Source: Blastocatellia bacterium (GTDB lineage: Bacteria > Acidobacteriota > Blastocatellia > UBA7656). Taken from it: DNA of 64,000 nucleotides. Shown in pieces: positions 17,344-25,361 of this stretch. Each line of letters begins with the position of its first letter. Position 1 is the stretch's first letter. The stretch covers positions 9,168-73,167 of the forward strand of contig DATFGQ010000034.1 in assembly GCA_035249305.1 (NCBI GenBank), in the 5' to 3' direction. Made by a program: the position numbers and the translations under genes. The notes beneath the pieces are model-generated. The model did not search any database. It was not told where the DNA came from and saw nothing but the letters and a program-made list of their open reading frames with translations.

Positions 17344-18717
17344 CTATCTCCCTCCGCGACCGAAGAGGACTATCTTGATCGTCTCAAAGATTATCCCGAG
17401 GTCTAGCAAGAAGGTCTGGTTCTTGATGTAGTAGAGATCGTATCTGAGCTTCTCTATCGCGTCCTCGACGGTCGAGCCGTAGGGGAACTTGATCTGCGCC
17501 CAGCCCGTGAGGCCCGGCTTTACCAGGTGGCGCTGCGAGTAATAAGGGATGAGCTCGCCGAGACGGTCGACGAACACGGGGCGCTCGGGGCGCGGGCCAA
17601 CGAAGTTCATGTCCCCGCGGATCACGTTGACGAACTGAGGCAGCTCGTCGAGCCTGAGCTTGCGAATGATCCGTCCGACGCGAGTCACGCGCGGGTCCGC
17701 CTCTTCGGCCCAGACCGGCCCCGACGCATCTTCGGCGTCCGTGCGCATCGAGCGGAACTTGATTATCTTGAACCGCCGCCCGTTCTTGCCCACGCGCTCT
17801 TGCGTGTAAAAGATAGGCCCCGGCGAATCTATATTCACGGCTATCGCCACAATTACCATCACCGGCAGCGACACGACGAAGCCTAAGGCGGCCAGCAGCG
17901 CGTTGACGATCCTGCGCGTGTGGTGGGCCACGTCCGAGTAGCGGCTGCCGCGCGCGAAGATCAGCCACGAAGGTCTGAGGAGCTCGGTCGCGATCTTGCC
18001 GGTCAGCCGCTCGTAGTAGCAGGCCGACTCTTCGACGGCGACGCGCCCGCTCAAGCTCAGGTTCAACAGCTCCTCGGTCGGGAACTGCCCGCGGCGGTCT
18101 TCGACGGCGACTACGATCCTGTCTACCTGATGGCTTTCGACCAGGACGGCCACGTCCGAAGTCAGGCCGATGACCGACGGGTTGATGAGGCTCTTTCCGA
18201 TCAGCTCGGGCTTGTTGTCTGCGAAGCCTACGATATGGAAGCCCGCGTTGCGGCGTTCGAGCGTCGCCTGCGCGACCTCTATCGCCTGCTTGCCGGACCC
18301 GAGTATCAGAACTCGCTCGCGGACGCCGAGCTGCGGGTGGCCGGTGCTCCAGGCCACCACCTTGCGCCACGCCGATATAACTACGAACGTGAGCGCCAGG
18401 TTGACGATAAAGACCCCGCGGCCGAGCTCAAGCATGGGCAGCGCGAAGAACAGTATCGCCAGCAGAACGGTAGCCGCGCCCAGCGCTTTGACGAGGTTGA
18501 CGACGACCTTACGATAAACGCGCGTCGCGTGGAGCGAATAGAGATCGAAAAGATAGAATGACAGTTGAATGACAAGCGTCGTCAATATCAGCTTCAGCCA
18601 TCCTTGCCGCTCCGAGAGCTCGTAAGAGAGGTCGTGCGCGAGCCGAAGGTAAGCGGCCGTCAGTCCCACAACCAACAGCAGCGTCGTTTCGGCCATGACC
18701 AAGGATAAACGTCTCAT
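17344..18717 (-). CDS. Exopolysaccharide priming polyprenyl glycosylphosphotransferase (bacterial sugar transferase)
   Basis: 457 aa. There are N-terminal TM helices and a central Rossmann-like domain. The C-terminal catalytic block is KFRSMRTDAE...LDELPQFVNVIRGDMNFVGPRPE...KPGLTGWAQI. Confidence 0.9.
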   Translation of the reverse strand: MRRLSLVMAETTLLLVVGLTAAYLRLAHDLSYELSERQGWLKLILTTLVIQLSFYLFDLYSLHATRVYRKVVVNLVKALGAATVLLAILFFALPMLELGRGVFIVNLALTFVVISAWRKVVAWSTGHPQLGVRERVLILGSGKQAIEVAQATLERRNAGFHIVGFADNKPELIGKSLINPSVIGLTSDVAVLVESHQVDRIVVAVEDRRGQFPTEELLNLSLSGRVAVEESACYYERLTGKIATELLRPSWLIFARGSRYSDVAHHTRRIVNALLAALGFVVSLPVMVIVAIAVNIDSPGPIFYTQERVGKNGRRFKIIKFRSMRTDAEDASGPVWAEEADPRVTRVGRIIRKLRLDELPQFVNVIRGDMNFVGPRPERPVFVDRLGELIPYYSQRHLVKPGLTGWAQIKFPYGSTVEDAIEKLRYDLYYIKNQTFLLDLGIIFETIKIVLFGRGGR

Positions 18718-18826
18718 AAGCGTTCCTCCTCAGTTGCCCCTCTCAAACAACTGTGCGGGGTATTTTCCGGGGTGAGGCTTTTATCGATTATTAACTTCAT
18801 TATTTTTACTTCCTGTTCTCGATCAA

Positions 18827-19927
18827 TCACGCCCGGCGACTGAATAGCCTCGCCAGCAGCGTCTTTCGGTCTTTACGGGTGAACGGTTCCTTCGTGTCCG
18901 ACTCGTTAAGCACTACGCCCGCGCAAGCGTCGCGCGGCACGAGCTTAAGAGCCTCTGTCACCTCGTCGTGAGGGGTACGACCGGCGCGGACTACCATGAC
19001 CGTCCCATCGGCTATCGATGCTAGCCTCTGGGCGCCCACGCTCTTGATAGCCGGCGCGTCTATGATCACAAAATCGAAATGGCGTTCGAGGTCCGCTATG
19101 AGCTTTTCGAGGCGAGGCGAGGAGATCACATCGCTACGATCAAAGCCGCGGCCCGCGTTCGCCGCAAGAACGCAAAGCCCGCTGGGGTCTATGCGGGCAA
19201 TCGCGTCTGAAATCTGCGCGCCGCCTTCTATGACGTCGGCCCAGCCTCGCTGCGGGTTGACCCCGAGCATGCGGCAGACGGACGGCTGGTCGGGGTTTGC
19301 GTCTATCAGCAGGACGCGGCGCTCGCCGGGCTTCGACATAGCCCATGCGAGGTTGGTCGCGACGGTGCTTTTCCCTTCTTCGGCGCGCGCGCTCGTGACG
19401 ACTACGGTCTTGAGCTTGCGTTTCGCCGCCTGGTTCAACAGCCGCACGGCGAGCGTGCGGTATCGCTCACCCGCGTCGGCGTCATCGCCGGTCACGGCGG
19501 TGAGGCAAGGCGCTACCGCCTCCTTTGAAATCGTGAACTGATGGCGCGGCTCGACGAAATCAGGAGCAGGAGCAGGCGCGGTCGCAGCCGCGACACGCAG
19601 ATCATTAGAAGCCCTTGTCGTGCGGGGGCGCGTCTGAGCCCTTAGCTCGCGGCGAGGCGCGGCGGCGATCATCTCGCTGAGCGCGATGAGCTCGCTGAAA
19701 TCCAACGGCGCTGGAAGCTCGGCTTCAACTTTAGGCAGTTCAACAACCACCTTTTCGGGCTGAGCATGAATCAATTCTGCTCCAGGTATGGCGACGGGCG
19801 ACGGGCGAGCTTGTGGCTGTTTAATCTCGCGCGCGGGCGGAGTCTGTACGCGGGCGGGGCGAGAGATGGGGCGGTCGCCCTCCTTCATTTGCTCCGACCT
19901 CAGTAGTGCGTTGTAGACTCTGCCCAT
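18827..19927 (-). CDS. CpsD/CapB-like P-loop ATPase (BY-kinase-like, no C-terminal Tyr cluster)
   Basis: 366 aa. Walker A is TSARAEEGKST, A' is VLLIDAN and Walker B is FDFVIIDAPA. The N-terminus is low-complexity and Pro/Ala-rich. The C-terminus (KDRKTLLARLFSRRA) has no tyrosines. Confidence 0.75.
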   Translation of the reverse strand: MGRVYNALLRSEQMKEGDRPISRPARVQTPPAREIKQPQARPSPVAIPGAELIHAQPEKVVVELPKVEAELPAPLDFSELIALSEMIAAAPRRELRAQTRPRTTRASNDLRVAAATAPAPAPDFVEPRHQFTISKEAVAPCLTAVTGDDADAGERYRTLAVRLLNQAAKRKLKTVVVTSARAEEGKSTVATNLAWAMSKPGERRVLLIDANPDQPSVCRMLGVNPQRGWADVIEGGAQISDAIARIDPSGLCVLAANAGRGFDRSDVISSPRLEKLIADLERHFDFVIIDAPAIKSVGAQRLASIADGTVMVVRAGRTPHDEVTEALKLVPRDACAGVVLNESDTKEPFTRKDRKTLLARLFSRRA

Positions 19928-19944
19928 AAAACTAGCCTTCGCCG

Positions 19945-20931
19945 TCAGCCTCTTGTCACGCGCACGCGGGAGAAGAATTTAAGCGGCGCGAAATTGTCAT
20001 CATCACTTTCAGTCTCGATTGCAAAGCCCGATTTGTCGGCGGGCGACTGGCGGTTGATGTAACGGACGTTGGTCGCCGCGGGCTCTTTCACATGCTCGCC
20101 CACGGTCTGCATAGACGCGGCCTCGATTGGCGAGAGGTCGAGCGCCTCGGCTACTTCGCCGATGATCGAAGCCGTGATGCGAGGGCTGGCTGCGCCGAAC
20201 CCCGTCAGCAGCGCGTTGTCGCAAATGTTATTTATGATACGCGGTATGCCGCCCGAAAAACTGTGGATCATGCGGACGGCGTCGGGCTCAAAGAGGTTTT
20301 CGTTCTTCGCGCCCGCCACGCGCAGCCGCCAGAGGATGTACTGGGCAGTCTCGTGCGCGGCCAGGGGCTTGAGCGAACATTTGAGGCTCACGCGCTGTTT
20401 GAGCTGCCGCAGCTCGGGCTGCGCCAGAAGGTCGTGCAGTTCCGGCTGGCCGCAGAGGATTATCTGCAAGAGCTTTTCGCGGTTCGTCTCGAAGTTCGAA
20501 AGCAGTCGTATCTCTTCGAGCAGGTGAGGGGGCAACAGGTGCGCCTCATCCACTACGAGCACCGTCCGCAGCCCTTGCGAATGTCGCGTCATCAGCATGT
20601 AGCCGAGCATACGCAGCATCGCCGCTTTCGAAGACTGCGCGCGCAATCGGAACTCACCCGTCAACAGGTCGAAGAACTCTCCGGTCGCGAGCAGCGGGTT
20701 GAAGATGTAGGCCGCCAGCACCGAGCGGTCGAGCGATTGGAGCATCGAGCGCAGGATAGTCGTCTTCCCGTTGCCGACCTCTCCGGTGACTACCACGAGG
20801 CCCTTGCCGTTCTCTATGCCGTACTGAAGGTTGGCGAAGACTTCGAGCAGGCTTTCGGTGCGGAACAGATAGCCGGGGTCCGGCGCGAGGCTAAATGGTA
20901 TGTCGCGGAGTCCGTAGAATTGCTGGTACAT
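19945..20931 (-). CDS. ExeA-like AAA ATPase (PEP-CTERM-locus secretion ATPase type)
   Basis: 328 aa. Walker A is VVTGEVGNGKTT and Walker B is VLVVDEAHLL. The N-terminal YQQFYGLRDIPFSLAPDPGYLF is typical of the ExeA/GspA family. Confidence 0.8.
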   Translation of the reverse strand: MYQQFYGLRDIPFSLAPDPGYLFRTESLLEVFANLQYGIENGKGLVVVTGEVGNGKTTILRSMLQSLDRSVLAAYIFNPLLATGEFFDLLTGEFRLRAQSSKAAMLRMLGYMLMTRHSQGLRTVLVVDEAHLLPPHLLEEIRLLSNFETNREKLLQIILCGQPELHDLLAQPELRQLKQRVSLKCSLKPLAAHETAQYILWRLRVAGAKNENLFEPDAVRMIHSFSGGIPRIINNICDNALLTGFGAASPRITASIIGEVAEALDLSPIEAASMQTVGEHVKEPAATNVRYINRQSPADKSGFAIETESDDDNFAPLKFFSRVRVTRG

Positions 20932-20994
20932 TACTTTCTTCTCAACCTCTACTGAGAGAAATGCTTAATGGCCTGCACTTTTTACCTTTAGCTA

Positions 20995-22617
20995 CTACCT
21001 TTCGCCGATGAGCGCGAACAGGTTAGAGACGACAAGAAACTTTGTCAGCGCGAATATCGCTACGCCTACCGCCGCCGTGCCTATCGCGAAACGAAGCCGC
21101 GCGCGGCCCGCCGCACGCTTGCGGTCGTAGTCGGTCATGCTCTTCGGGATCGCGACGAGCATCGGCAGATTCGTGTAGCGCTCTACGTCCGCCGGGTCGT
21201 GAAGCGTGCGCGAGCGCCGCCGCTCGGCCAGTGCCGCGAAACAGGCTCCTAGAGCCAATCCTGCGGCCAGGGCGATCAGATGAAGCAATCCCCGGTCGGG
21301 CTGACTGGGGCTGCCGGGCAGACTCGCCTGCTCAAGCAGTCGTACGGCTTCGGGCTTCGAACCCGTCGGCTGTCGCTTTGCTTCCGCCCGCTCAAGCGCC
21401 GCGACCGCCTCTTTGTGCGCGCGCTTTACGGAGAAGTATTCCTGGGCCAGTCGCGCGTAGACGCCTTCGCGCTGGCCGGAATCATGCGCGGCCGTTTGAG
21501 CGGGGCGCGCTGCCGGTTGCGGGCTCGCGGCCTGGCGCGCTATGGCGCGGTTAGTGACCTCAAGCTCGATCCTAATGCGATTGCGCTCACTTTCGAGTGC
21601 GCGCAGCTCTCTGGCTTCGGGCGACTGCGTGCTCGTTCCGGCCTCTTGCTGGCGCAGGTCCGCCAGTTGGCGATCGACGGCCGCGATCTGGTCTGTGATC
21701 AACAGGACGCGCGGGTGTTTTTCGGTCAGCTCCTGCCGGTTGATGAGATTGTCGCGCTGTCCCTGAAGCTCGGCGCGCTTTCCGAGCAGTATCGCGTAGG
21801 TAGGGTTGGACGCGACGCCTCCGGTTCTCTTCTGCTGCTCGACTATGCGGCGCTGCTCGACTATGCGCTGGTCTACGTCGGCCATCTGTTGCTGGAGCGC
21901 GTAGAGCTTGTCTCGGTAGCCTTCGACTAAGAGTTGTTGCGCGCGTGACGTGTCGGCTTGCACAGGCGCGGGCGCTCGAGCGGGCGCGGCCGGCGGGGCG
22001 ACAAAAGCGGACCCCGCGAAAGCCTCTTCCTTGAGGTCGAGCAGCCAGGGGCGCGCCGTCTCCTGCTCGCGCAGTTGCGCCGCAAGCTCGGAGGCGCGCT
22101 GGCGAAGCGTCGCAGTCTCGTCGGAAGATTGCGACTGGCTCGATTTTGCGCCGCCGTCGACTAGGAGCGAGCCGGCAAGCTCGGCCGTTATCTTTTGCGC
22201 CGTCGCGGCATCCTTAGCGCGATAGGAGATTGTGAAACCGTAGGGCGGGCTTGCGTCTTTTGAATCCGGCTCAACGCGTATGTCAGAACGCATGCGGTTC
22301 ACGATCTCGTCGGCGGTTGCGCCTGAGCTCTTCAAATCCTGATAGAGACCGTGCTCGGAGATCAGCTCTTCAATACTGGCGCGGTTTGTGATCTGCTGCC
22401 GGAGCGCGCCGAGCCTTCGCGAAGGCTCGGCCTGCGGGGTGCTGCCCGAAGCAGGCTCGATCGTCAGGCGGGCCGACGATTCGTACAGGTCGGGGAGTTG
22501 CTTGATGGCGATGGCCGAAGAGGTGATGACGATGATTGCGGGGATGAGGATCAGCAACGCGTGGCGGCGCGCTATGTGTATAAACTTAAAGGGGCTGTGA
22601 GGTCTGGGCGAAGTCAT
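20995..22617 (-). CDS. Wzz/GumC-like polysaccharide chain-length determinant
   Basis: 540 aa. It has an N-terminal TM helix, a long coiled-coil periplasmic region and a C-terminal TM helix pair, the typical PCP topology. Confidence 0.75.
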   Translation of the reverse strand: MTSPRPHSPFKFIHIARRHALLILIPAIIVITSSAIAIKQLPDLYESSARLTIEPASGSTPQAEPSRRLGALRQQITNRASIEELISEHGLYQDLKSSGATADEIVNRMRSDIRVEPDSKDASPPYGFTISYRAKDAATAQKITAELAGSLLVDGGAKSSQSQSSDETATLRQRASELAAQLREQETARPWLLDLKEEAFAGSAFVAPPAAPARAPAPVQADTSRAQQLLVEGYRDKLYALQQQMADVDQRIVEQRRIVEQQKRTGGVASNPTYAILLGKRAELQGQRDNLINRQELTEKHPRVLLITDQIAAVDRQLADLRQQEAGTSTQSPEARELRALESERNRIRIELEVTNRAIARQAASPQPAARPAQTAAHDSGQREGVYARLAQEYFSVKRAHKEAVAALERAEAKRQPTGSKPEAVRLLEQASLPGSPSQPDRGLLHLIALAAGLALGACFAALAERRRSRTLHDPADVERYTNLPMLVAIPKSMTDYDRKRAAGRARLRFAIGTAAVGVAIFALTKFLVVSNLFALIGER

Positions 22618-22813
22618 CGTCGTTTTATTCGGGGCCCGGCCTATTAAGCTCGTCCATTAAACTGCCGCAAGCATTGGCCTTCGTTATTAATGAAAGGGTG
22701 AATTACGCGCGCTTTCCAGAAGGCGCTTTGCCGGATATGAAGGGTTCATTTTATGGCCGTCGGCGGGCCTGTCATGACGGAAGAAGCGTCCTAAAGTTTG
22801 AGAATTAAAACTG

Positions 22814-22842
22814 TTGACAACCCATAGGTGTTGTTTTATAAC
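22814..22842 (+). promoter_or_regulatory. Near-consensus sigma70 promoter TTGACA-17-TATAAC for the LuxR-family gene
   Basis: TTGACA is at 22814-22819 and TATAAC at 22837-22842, with exactly 17 nt between them. This implies a 5' leader of about 205 nt before the ATG at 23054. Confidence 0.6.
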
Positions 22843-23053
22843 GTGCCCGAAGCTGCCTTACCCTGATAGGTCCTGCTGATGAACGGACCTGGGTAATTCA
22901 TGCGGGTCGGGTCAGGCAAATAATTGCTCTCACCGCGACCGGCCCTCATGCCCCTGAAACGAGAATCGTGCTGCCGAATCGAAAGATCGATTTGCCTCAC
23001 CGCTTTATCCGTCTCGGCTCCCTCCGGCAAGCACTGTAACGAGGAATTCTTCT

Positions 23054-23686
23054 ATGCTCGCTCAAGGGTCTTACACATCTGCGTCCGTCGAAATGCCCGT
23101 GTCCCAGGGTACTGACAGGCTTTACAACCTTGCCACCGCACTTGATGAAATAAACGAAGGCGCAGTCTTCATGAACTGCGAAGGACAGCTCGTCTGGCAC
23201 AACCGCGCATTCGACCGGCTGCTGGTCGAGAACCGCGAGGGCCACCATCTGGTCGCCGCAGTCATAGAGCTCGCGGGCGACTTCTACCAGGAACTCTACA
23301 CGGCATCGGACCGCGCGGCGGGCGACGAGCAGGGCCTTGTTTCGCTCGCTCGCGACGTTACCGTAGGCCGGATCGACCACGAGATTCATTGCACGTTGAT
23401 GCCCAAGGGGATGCTGGGGCTTGACAGCTACGTGCTCTGCCTCATAAAGCGCTCGGCGTCGCGGTGGTCGAGCTACGAAGAACACTTGCGCCAGACCTGG
23501 GGGCTTACGGAGCGCGAGGCGCAGGTGGCCGTCGAGTGCCTGCGCGGCAAAAAGAACCTCGAGATAGCCGAGCGGCTCAGGATAAGCGTAGAGACGGTCA
23601 ATAAGCACCTGGACAAGGTCTATCAAAAGGCCGGGGTGCGGGGGCGGTCCGAGCTGGCAAGCCGCCTGCTCGACAGCGGCATCTGA
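23054..23686 (+). CDS. LuxR-family transcriptional regulator with an N-terminal PAS-like sensor (EpsA-like)
   Basis: 210 aa. The C-terminal HTH is LTEREAQVAVECLRGKKNLEIAERLRISVETVNKHLDKVYQKAGV. The N-terminal GAVFMNCEGQLVWHNRAFDRLL is PAS-like. Confidence 0.8.
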   Translation: MLAQGSYTSASVEMPVSQGTDRLYNLATALDEINEGAVFMNCEGQLVWHNRAFDRLLVENREGHHLVAAVIELAGDFYQELYTASDRAAGDEQGLVSLARDVTVGRIDHEIHCTLMPKGMLGLDSYVLCLIKRSASRWSSYEEHLRQTWGLTEREAQVAVECLRGKKNLEIAERLRISVETVNKHLDKVYQKAGVRGRSELASRLLDSGI

Positions 23687-23727
23687 AGGCTTGCGCTGGC
23701 CGCAACCAAGAGCTTATTTTAACTGTA

Positions 23728-23997
23728 ATGCGAATCGAGAAAAGTTCATCAACAGTCTTCACGCCTCTCGACGATGGGAGGGCCGTCTTGTTGAACCTCG
23801 ACACACTCTTCTACTACAGGTTGAATCGCACGGGCGCGGCGCTGTGGAAGCAGATCGAAGAGAGCAAAACGATCATGCTCGACGACCTTGTGCGCGGCGC
23901 CTGCGAGCGGTTCGACGTCGACGAAGAGGGCGCTCGCCGCAGCGTCAGCTCTTTTGTGGAGCGGCTCGAAGAGTACAAGATGGTTCACATCGTTTGA
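23728..23997 (+). CDS. PqqD-family (RiPP-recognition-element-like) small protein
   Basis: 89 aa. The segment VLLNLDTLFYYRLNRTGAALWKQIEESKTIMLDDLVRGACERFDVDEEGARRSVSSFVERLEEYKMV matches the PqqD/RRE pattern (beta-strands then LN.T...W, then a three-helix bundle). Confidence 0.7.
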   Translation: MRIEKSSSTVFTPLDDGRAVLLNLDTLFYYRLNRTGAALWKQIEESKTIMLDDLVRGACERFDVDEEGARRSVSSFVERLEEYKMVHIV

Positions 23998-24110
23998 GCG
24001 CGGGCAGACCATCTGGTCGCCTGAAGCCGCCGAGGCGGCCTTCGGCTTTGTAGTCTTCAGCCTCGGGCTATGCAGCTTTCAAATCTCGCCATCTAACTTC
24101 CGCTGTTTGA

Positions 24111-24125
24111 GTGACACCGTTTGTC
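24111..24125. promoter_or_regulatory. Inverted repeat TGACA-N5-TGTCA, candidate enhancer-binding-protein site
   Basis: It lies about 100 bp upstream of the sigma54 -24 element, the usual distance for a bEBP UAS. There is no other support. Confidence 0.2.
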
Positions 24126-24220
24126 ATCGCGATTTCCGATATTTGTTAACCCTCTTGGGTAGCGCCGCGCGCGGCTTACGGATTTTAAGGAGTTAAGACT
24201 ACCCGAAAGGGCTATGGTAG

Positions 24221-24236
24221 CTGGCACGCACGTTGC
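24221..24236 (+). promoter_or_regulatory. Sigma54 (RpoN) -24/-12 promoter
   Basis: TGGCACGCACGTTGCT is a perfect match to the consensus TGGCACG-N4-TTGCW. Confidence 0.65.
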
Positions 24237-24498
24237 TCAAGTGAAGAAACGCAGCCTGAGAAGGCTGTCTGGCGGAAGGGGTCAAGGGGGCGATGCCTTC
24301 TGCTTCTTAACTGAGAGAAGCGACAGAACTAAATTGGAAATGCCACAAAGGTCGAGGTCATGGGGGCGACGTCGACTTTTGTGGCTCGCTTCATTGCGCA
24401 GTATTTTCATAGAAAGTTCACCCTCTATTAAGGCAGTTGCAACGGATCGCGTTTATCATTCTTCTAACAGAGTGGTTGCAAAGGAGGGATTGGTAAGA

Positions 24499-24705
24499 AT
24501 GTCAGCAGTACTTCCAAGCGTGGAATCATTCGTCACAGGGCAAAAGGTATTAACGGGGTTCGGGCCGGGGGTGGTATCGGCCATCAGCCGAGTAGATTCG
24601 ATAATCTACGTGACGCTCTCAAACGAGCCCACGGGGCTCTACATCATGCGCCCCGAGCAAGTCGAGCCTTTTGACGGCGAGCAGGCGTCTGACGATAACC
24701 CGTAA
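24499..24705 (+). CDS. Hypothetical 68-aa protein
   Basis: A strong RBS, AAGGAGGG, lies 10 nt upstream of the ATG at 24499. This is the C-terminal part of track ORF 24214..24705. The product is MSAVLPSVESFVTGQKVLTGFGPGVVSAISRVDSIIYVTLSNEPTGLYIMRPEQVEPFDGEQASDDNP. Confidence 0.45.
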   Translation: MSAVLPSVESFVTGQKVLTGFGPGVVSAISRVDSIIYVTLSNEPTGLYIMRPEQVEPFDGEQASDDNP

Positions 24706-24744
24706 ATTGCTCCCGACAGATTAGCCCTCCCGGCGGAGGCTGTT

Positions 24745-24876
24745 ATGGAGTTTATGACTATCACGACAATGTCGGAAGGTCGTCGCTACATTGCGATCTA
24801 CCGTAAATGGTTCAACGAAAAGCTGGGCGCGTGGGAGCTTGAGATGGTGCCCGGCACGCTACGCTGGATCAATTGA
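24745..24876 (+). CDS. Hypothetical 43-aa small ORF (below the ORF-track cutoff)
   Basis: GGAGG lies 5 nt upstream of the ATG. My own translation is MEFMTITTMSEGRRYIAIYRKWFNEKLGAWELEMVPGTLRWIN. Confidence 0.3.
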   Translation: MEFMTITTMSEGRRYIAIYRKWFNEKLGAWELEMVPGTLRWIN

Positions 24877-24972
24877 CGGCCCCGTTTGAAAAGCTAATGA
24901 AATAAAACGAAGCACTATCGGCCCGCCGGTCTTCTTTTATCGCCGCAAGCCTTGCCGCACTAAAACTGCCTT

Positions 24973-25167
24973 TTACTCGTATATCTCGAAAAAAGCATCA
25001 ATGCTTTCAAGCAGTTGCCGCTTTATCTGTTCCGGCGTGCCTTCAATAGTGTGCAGAGTCACCTGGCGCGTCTGCCCGTCTTCCATCAGGATCTGCCCAT
25101 GTTCGACCGCTGCAAGCTCTTCGCCCGAAACCAGCCTCAGGCCATAAACCAACGTCTTCTTGTCCAT
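24973..25167 (-). CDS. Hypothetical 64-aa protein
   Basis: A track ORF with plausible codon usage and only a weak RBS (AAGAAG). No recognisable motif. Confidence 0.35.
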   Translation of the reverse strand: MDKKTLVYGLRLVSGEELAAVEHGQILMEDGQTRQVTLHTIEGTPEQIKRQLLESIDAFFEIYE

Positions 25168-25240
25168 ACTTCTTAGTGTAATAGCTGGTGCATTTGGAGA
25201 AAATAGTTAAAGTAAAGAAAAAAAGATCAAAATATTCGAG

Positions 25241-25260
25241 GTCTGTAAACACAGACTTTT
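25241..25260 (+). terminator. Small plus-strand hairpin plus T-tract
   Basis: GTCTGT-AAAC-ACAGAC followed by TTTT. The stem is short (6 bp). Confidence 0.3.
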
Positions 25261-25324
25261 GAAGAGTTTATCGTGATTGGTTGGAATTATTGCGGAGTCT
25301 TAATAATTTACTTTAACTTTTTGC

Positions 25325-25353
25325 TTGCATCCCATTGAGAGGTATGGTATAAA
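25325..25353 (+). promoter_or_regulatory. Near-consensus sigma70 promoter TTGCAT-17-TGgTATAAA
   Basis: TTGCAT is at 25325-25330 and TATAAA at 25348-25353, with a 17-nt spacer and an extended -10 TG at 25345-25346. Confidence 0.55.
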
Positions 25354-25361
25354 CCACGCCC

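Noticed and set aside
22668-22679. A sigma54-like element (GGCCAATGCTTGC, minus strand) upstream of the EPS operon start.
   Set aside because: The GG-to-GC spacing is N9, not the required N10, and the flanks do not match TGGCAC/TTGCW.
24214-24705. The full 163-aa track ORF as a real protein.
   Set aside because: Its first 95 codons overlap the sigma54 promoter and leader, are Arg-rich and have no RBS. A strong AAGGAGGG RBS precedes the internal ATG at 24499, so only the 68-aa C-terminal part is called.
25001-25147. 48-aa Cys-rich plus-strand small ORF (MLSSSCRFICSGVPSIVCRVTWRVCPSSIRICPCS...), antisense to the 64-aa gene.
   Set aside because: It has no Shine-Dalgarno and lies entirely antisense to an ORF with better codon structure. 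The Cys richness arises from TGC/TGT codons opposite GCA/ACA. It stays unresolved without expression data.
23054-25167. A lasso-peptide or other complete RiPP gene cluster around the PqqD-like gene.
   Set aside because: I could recognise no asparagine-synthetase-like cyclase, transglutaminase-like protease, radical SAM enzyme, YcaO or ABC exporter on either strand. Only the RRE-like protein and unassigned small ORFs are present. It is reported as an orphan, not as a BGC.
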